Shown here: positions 62,005-64,000 of the stretch, piece by piece
Layout of the letters: each line of letters starts with the position of its first letter
How positions within the stretch are numbered: position 1 is the stretch's first letter
Position numbers and translations under genes: made by a program
The notes under the pieces: generated by a model
Databases searched by the model: none
The model's input: only the letters and a program-made list of their open reading frames with translations
What the model was told of the DNA's origin: nothing
From: Rubripirellula sp.
GTDB lineage: Bacteria; Planctomycetota; Planctomycetia; Pirellulales; Pirellulaceae
NCBI GenBank assembly: GCA_965216875.1
Contig: OZ244207.1
Span: 7,360,001-7,424,000 of the forward strand
Direction of reading: 5' to 3'
Length of the DNA: 64,000 nt

Positions 62005-62807
62005 GAAACGGCCTCGCGAAAGGCATCGATCGACAGGATCGGCGGACCGTCTAGCTGGTCTTCACTGCCATCTTCACTTGCCGGCGAAGCCTTTTCGCCC
62101 GAAGTGGCTGCAAAGTAGGCTTCTTCCAAAGTTCGCGTTTCGGGAAAGGATTCGCGAAGTTGATTTGCGTTTCCGAAGTACTGACGCTGCCCGCCCTGCA
62201 TCACCAACAAATGGGTGCATACATCTTCAATCATCGCCAACAAATGGCTGCTGATGATCACCGTCGCTCCTTCCTCGGCGCGTCGACGCACGGTTTCTAA
62301 CAAGATTCGGATCCCGGGCGGATCGAGGCCAGTTAGCGGTTCGTCCAACAAAAGAACCGAGGGTTGATAGAGGTAGGCACAAGCGATCGCAAGTTTCTGA
62401 CGCATCCCGCGCGACAACGTGGTCGCGCCGGCATCGTATTTGTGGATCAGCTCAAACTCTTCGAGCAAGCGAATGGATTTGTCGTGATGGTCTTCGACTC
62501 GATACAGTCGACCGACAAAATCCAAGTGCTGGCCGACGGAAAGATCATCAAAGAGCGGCGGGTCATCCGGCACGTAGGCCAAGCGTTTCTTGAGCGGGAT
62601 CAGGTCACCGCCGAGATCGCAACCAGCGACACTGAGCTTGCCCGCGGTGGAAGGAATCAGACCAGCCAGGCATCGCATGGTGGTTGTCTTGCCGGCGCCA
62701 TTGGGGCCAACCAGGCCGCAGATCTGGCCGGGCGCCAAGGCGAACGACAGGTCGTCGACAGCCAGGTAGTCGTCGTAGAGTTTGCTGAGACCGGAGACTT
62801 CGATCAT
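62001..62807 (-). CDS. ABC transporter ATP-binding protein
   Basis: GPNGAGKTT, LSRGMRQK, LLDEP and SSH. Confidence 0.95.
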   Translation of the reverse strand: MIEVSGLSKLYDDYLAVDDLSFALAPGQICGLVGPNGAGKTTTMRCLAGLIPSTAGKLSVAGCDLGGDLIPLKKRLAYVPDDPPLFDDLSVGQHLDFVGRLYRVEDHHDKSIRLLEEFELIHKYDAGATTLSRGMRQKLAIACAYLYQPSVLLLDEPLTGLDPPGIRILLETVRRRAEEGATVIISSHLLAMIEDVCTHLLVMQGGQRQYFGNANQLRESFPETRTLEEAYFAATSGEKASPASEDGSEDQLDGPPILSIDAFREAVS

Positions 62808-63033
62808 GGTTTCACGGCCTGGCCGAAAGATATCTTTGGGTGGGTAGCTACGTTTTCAAAGCTAGCTCACCGACGAGTCCTCGCGTTGGCGACCTCCTCG
62901 CAACCCATGTTCGATTGACGCCGTATCTTTCCGGGTGAGGGATGATGACGATTGTGGCGTTTGAATCGATTCCGATGCGACATACACTGGCACGATCAAC
63001 GGACGTCCGAGTACCACCGAGAAAGATTGAACC

Positions 63034-64000
63034 TTGTCCCATCCTGGCAGCGACCCTGACGAATCGGCTGCGAGTCGTTCGCCTTGGGCCCCGCTGCGGA
63101 ATCCGATCTTTCGAGCCTTTTGGATCGCCTCGCTCGTTTCCAACTTCGGGACGTGGATACACGAAGTCGGCGCGGGTTGGTTGATGACCAGCCTAGATCC
63201 GCGCCCCGAGATGGTGGCGGCCGTGCGCACGGCGATGTCGTTGCCGATCGTCTTCCTTGCTATCCCAGCGGGCGTTCTGGCCGATCGTGTTGATCGAAGG
63301 CACTTGTTGATCGCGACCCAGTTCGTGCTGCTGCTGACAACAGCGACGCTCGCCGGACTGACCTTCAGTGGTGCGATCACTTCGTGGATGTTGCTGAGTC
63401 TGACCTTTTTGATCGGACTGGGGCTCGTTGTACATGTTCCGACCTGGCAAGCATCCGTCCCCGAACTTGTGCCGCGCAAACAACTTTCGCGCGCAGTCGC
63501 ACTCGGCAGCGTGAGTTTCAATCTTGCACGCGCCGCGGGTCCGGCTGTCGGCGGAATCTTGATCGCGTTTGCCGGTGTTTGGATTGCATTCGCAATCAAC
63601 GCCGTCTCATTCGCGGGCGTGATTGTTGTATTGCTCTTGTGGCGACGCACGGCCAAAGAGTCTTCGCGGGGGCTTTCGTTTGGATTGTCGCTCTATCAGG
63701 GAGTGCGCTATGTTGTCAGCAACGCGACCATGCGCAACGTCATGATCGGCGTCCTGCTGTTTGTGATTCCCGGTAGTGCCCTTTGGTCGCTGTTGCCGCT
63801 TGTTGCGAAACAGAGTCTGCAATGGGATGCGGACGGCTTCGGACTGCTGGTTGCAACGATTGGCGTCGGTGCCGTCGCGGCAGCCTGGTTTCTGCCGACG
63901 TTTCAAAGACGCTTTGGCCTCAATCGAACACGAGCTGGATCGATGGTGCTGTTCGCTGTCGGATTGATGATGCTCGGTCGCACCAGTCACACCTACGTTG
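63034..64000 (+). CDS. MFS transporter, truncated by the window end
   Basis: Manual translation gives ...SPWAPLRNPIFRAFWIASLVSNFGTW...GVLADRVDRR...FNLARAAGPAVGG. TTG start inferred; no stop in the window. Confidence 0.88.
   Translation, partial: MSHPGSDPDESAASRSPWAPLRNPIFRAFWIASLVSNFGTWIHEVGAGWLMTSLDPRPEMVAAVRTAMSLPIVFLAIPAGVLADRVDRRHLLIATQFVLLLTTATLAGLTFSGAITSWMLLSLTFLIGLGLVVHVPTWQASVPELVPRKQLSRAVALGSVSFNLARAAGPAVGGILIAFAGVWIAFAINAVSFAGVIVVLLLWRRTAKESSRGLSFGLSLYQGVRYVVSNATMRNVMIGVLLFVIPGSALWSLLPLVAKQSLQWDADGFGLLVATIGVGAVAAAWFLPTFQRRFGLNRTRAGSMVLFAVGLMMLGRTSHTYV

Noticed and set aside
62862..63656. 264-aa minus-strand ORF
   Set aside because: It is antisense to a clear MFS transporter on the plus strand, which the track missed because it lacks a stop in the window.

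Overview
Bacterial chromosome segment, almost certainly a Planctomycete of the Pirellulaceae type. The evidence is the 'RRRxxxESLExRxLLA' export motifs, a YTV-repeat protein, GEVED/dockerin surface proteins, an elongated SecA and dense REP-like palindromes. It carries about 44 CDS. Housekeeping genes include secA, waaA, recJ, rpmG, rplA-rplJ-rplL, a DinG/YoaA helicase, pgl, panB, argE-like, suhB-like and yciH. Envelope and glycan genes include a GT4, a GT2-like protein, a Wzx-like flippase and a carbamoyltransferase-SxtJ-DUF5989 triad. There are also two ECF sigma factors, two paralogous ~1800-aa surface proteins followed by a TIGR03032 gene, and ABC and MFS transporters. No rRNA, tRNA, CRISPR array or transposase was seen. 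Four observations stand out. (1) A secreted YTV protein has two ~300-aa arms that mirror each other in repeat register and in residue covariation, implying one giant beta-hairpin. (2) An unannotated 47-aa peptide with 13 Cys (8 in a row) is coupled by a TAATG overlap to a SigZ-like sigma factor with a Cys-rich tail, a candidate metal or redox sensing module. (3) An rplA-rplJ-rplL operon lacks rplK and rpoB and is preceded by an L1-binding-site mimic. (4) At least six REP-like families form mosaics, some overlapping stop codons. All family assignments are by eye from motifs; no database searches were run.
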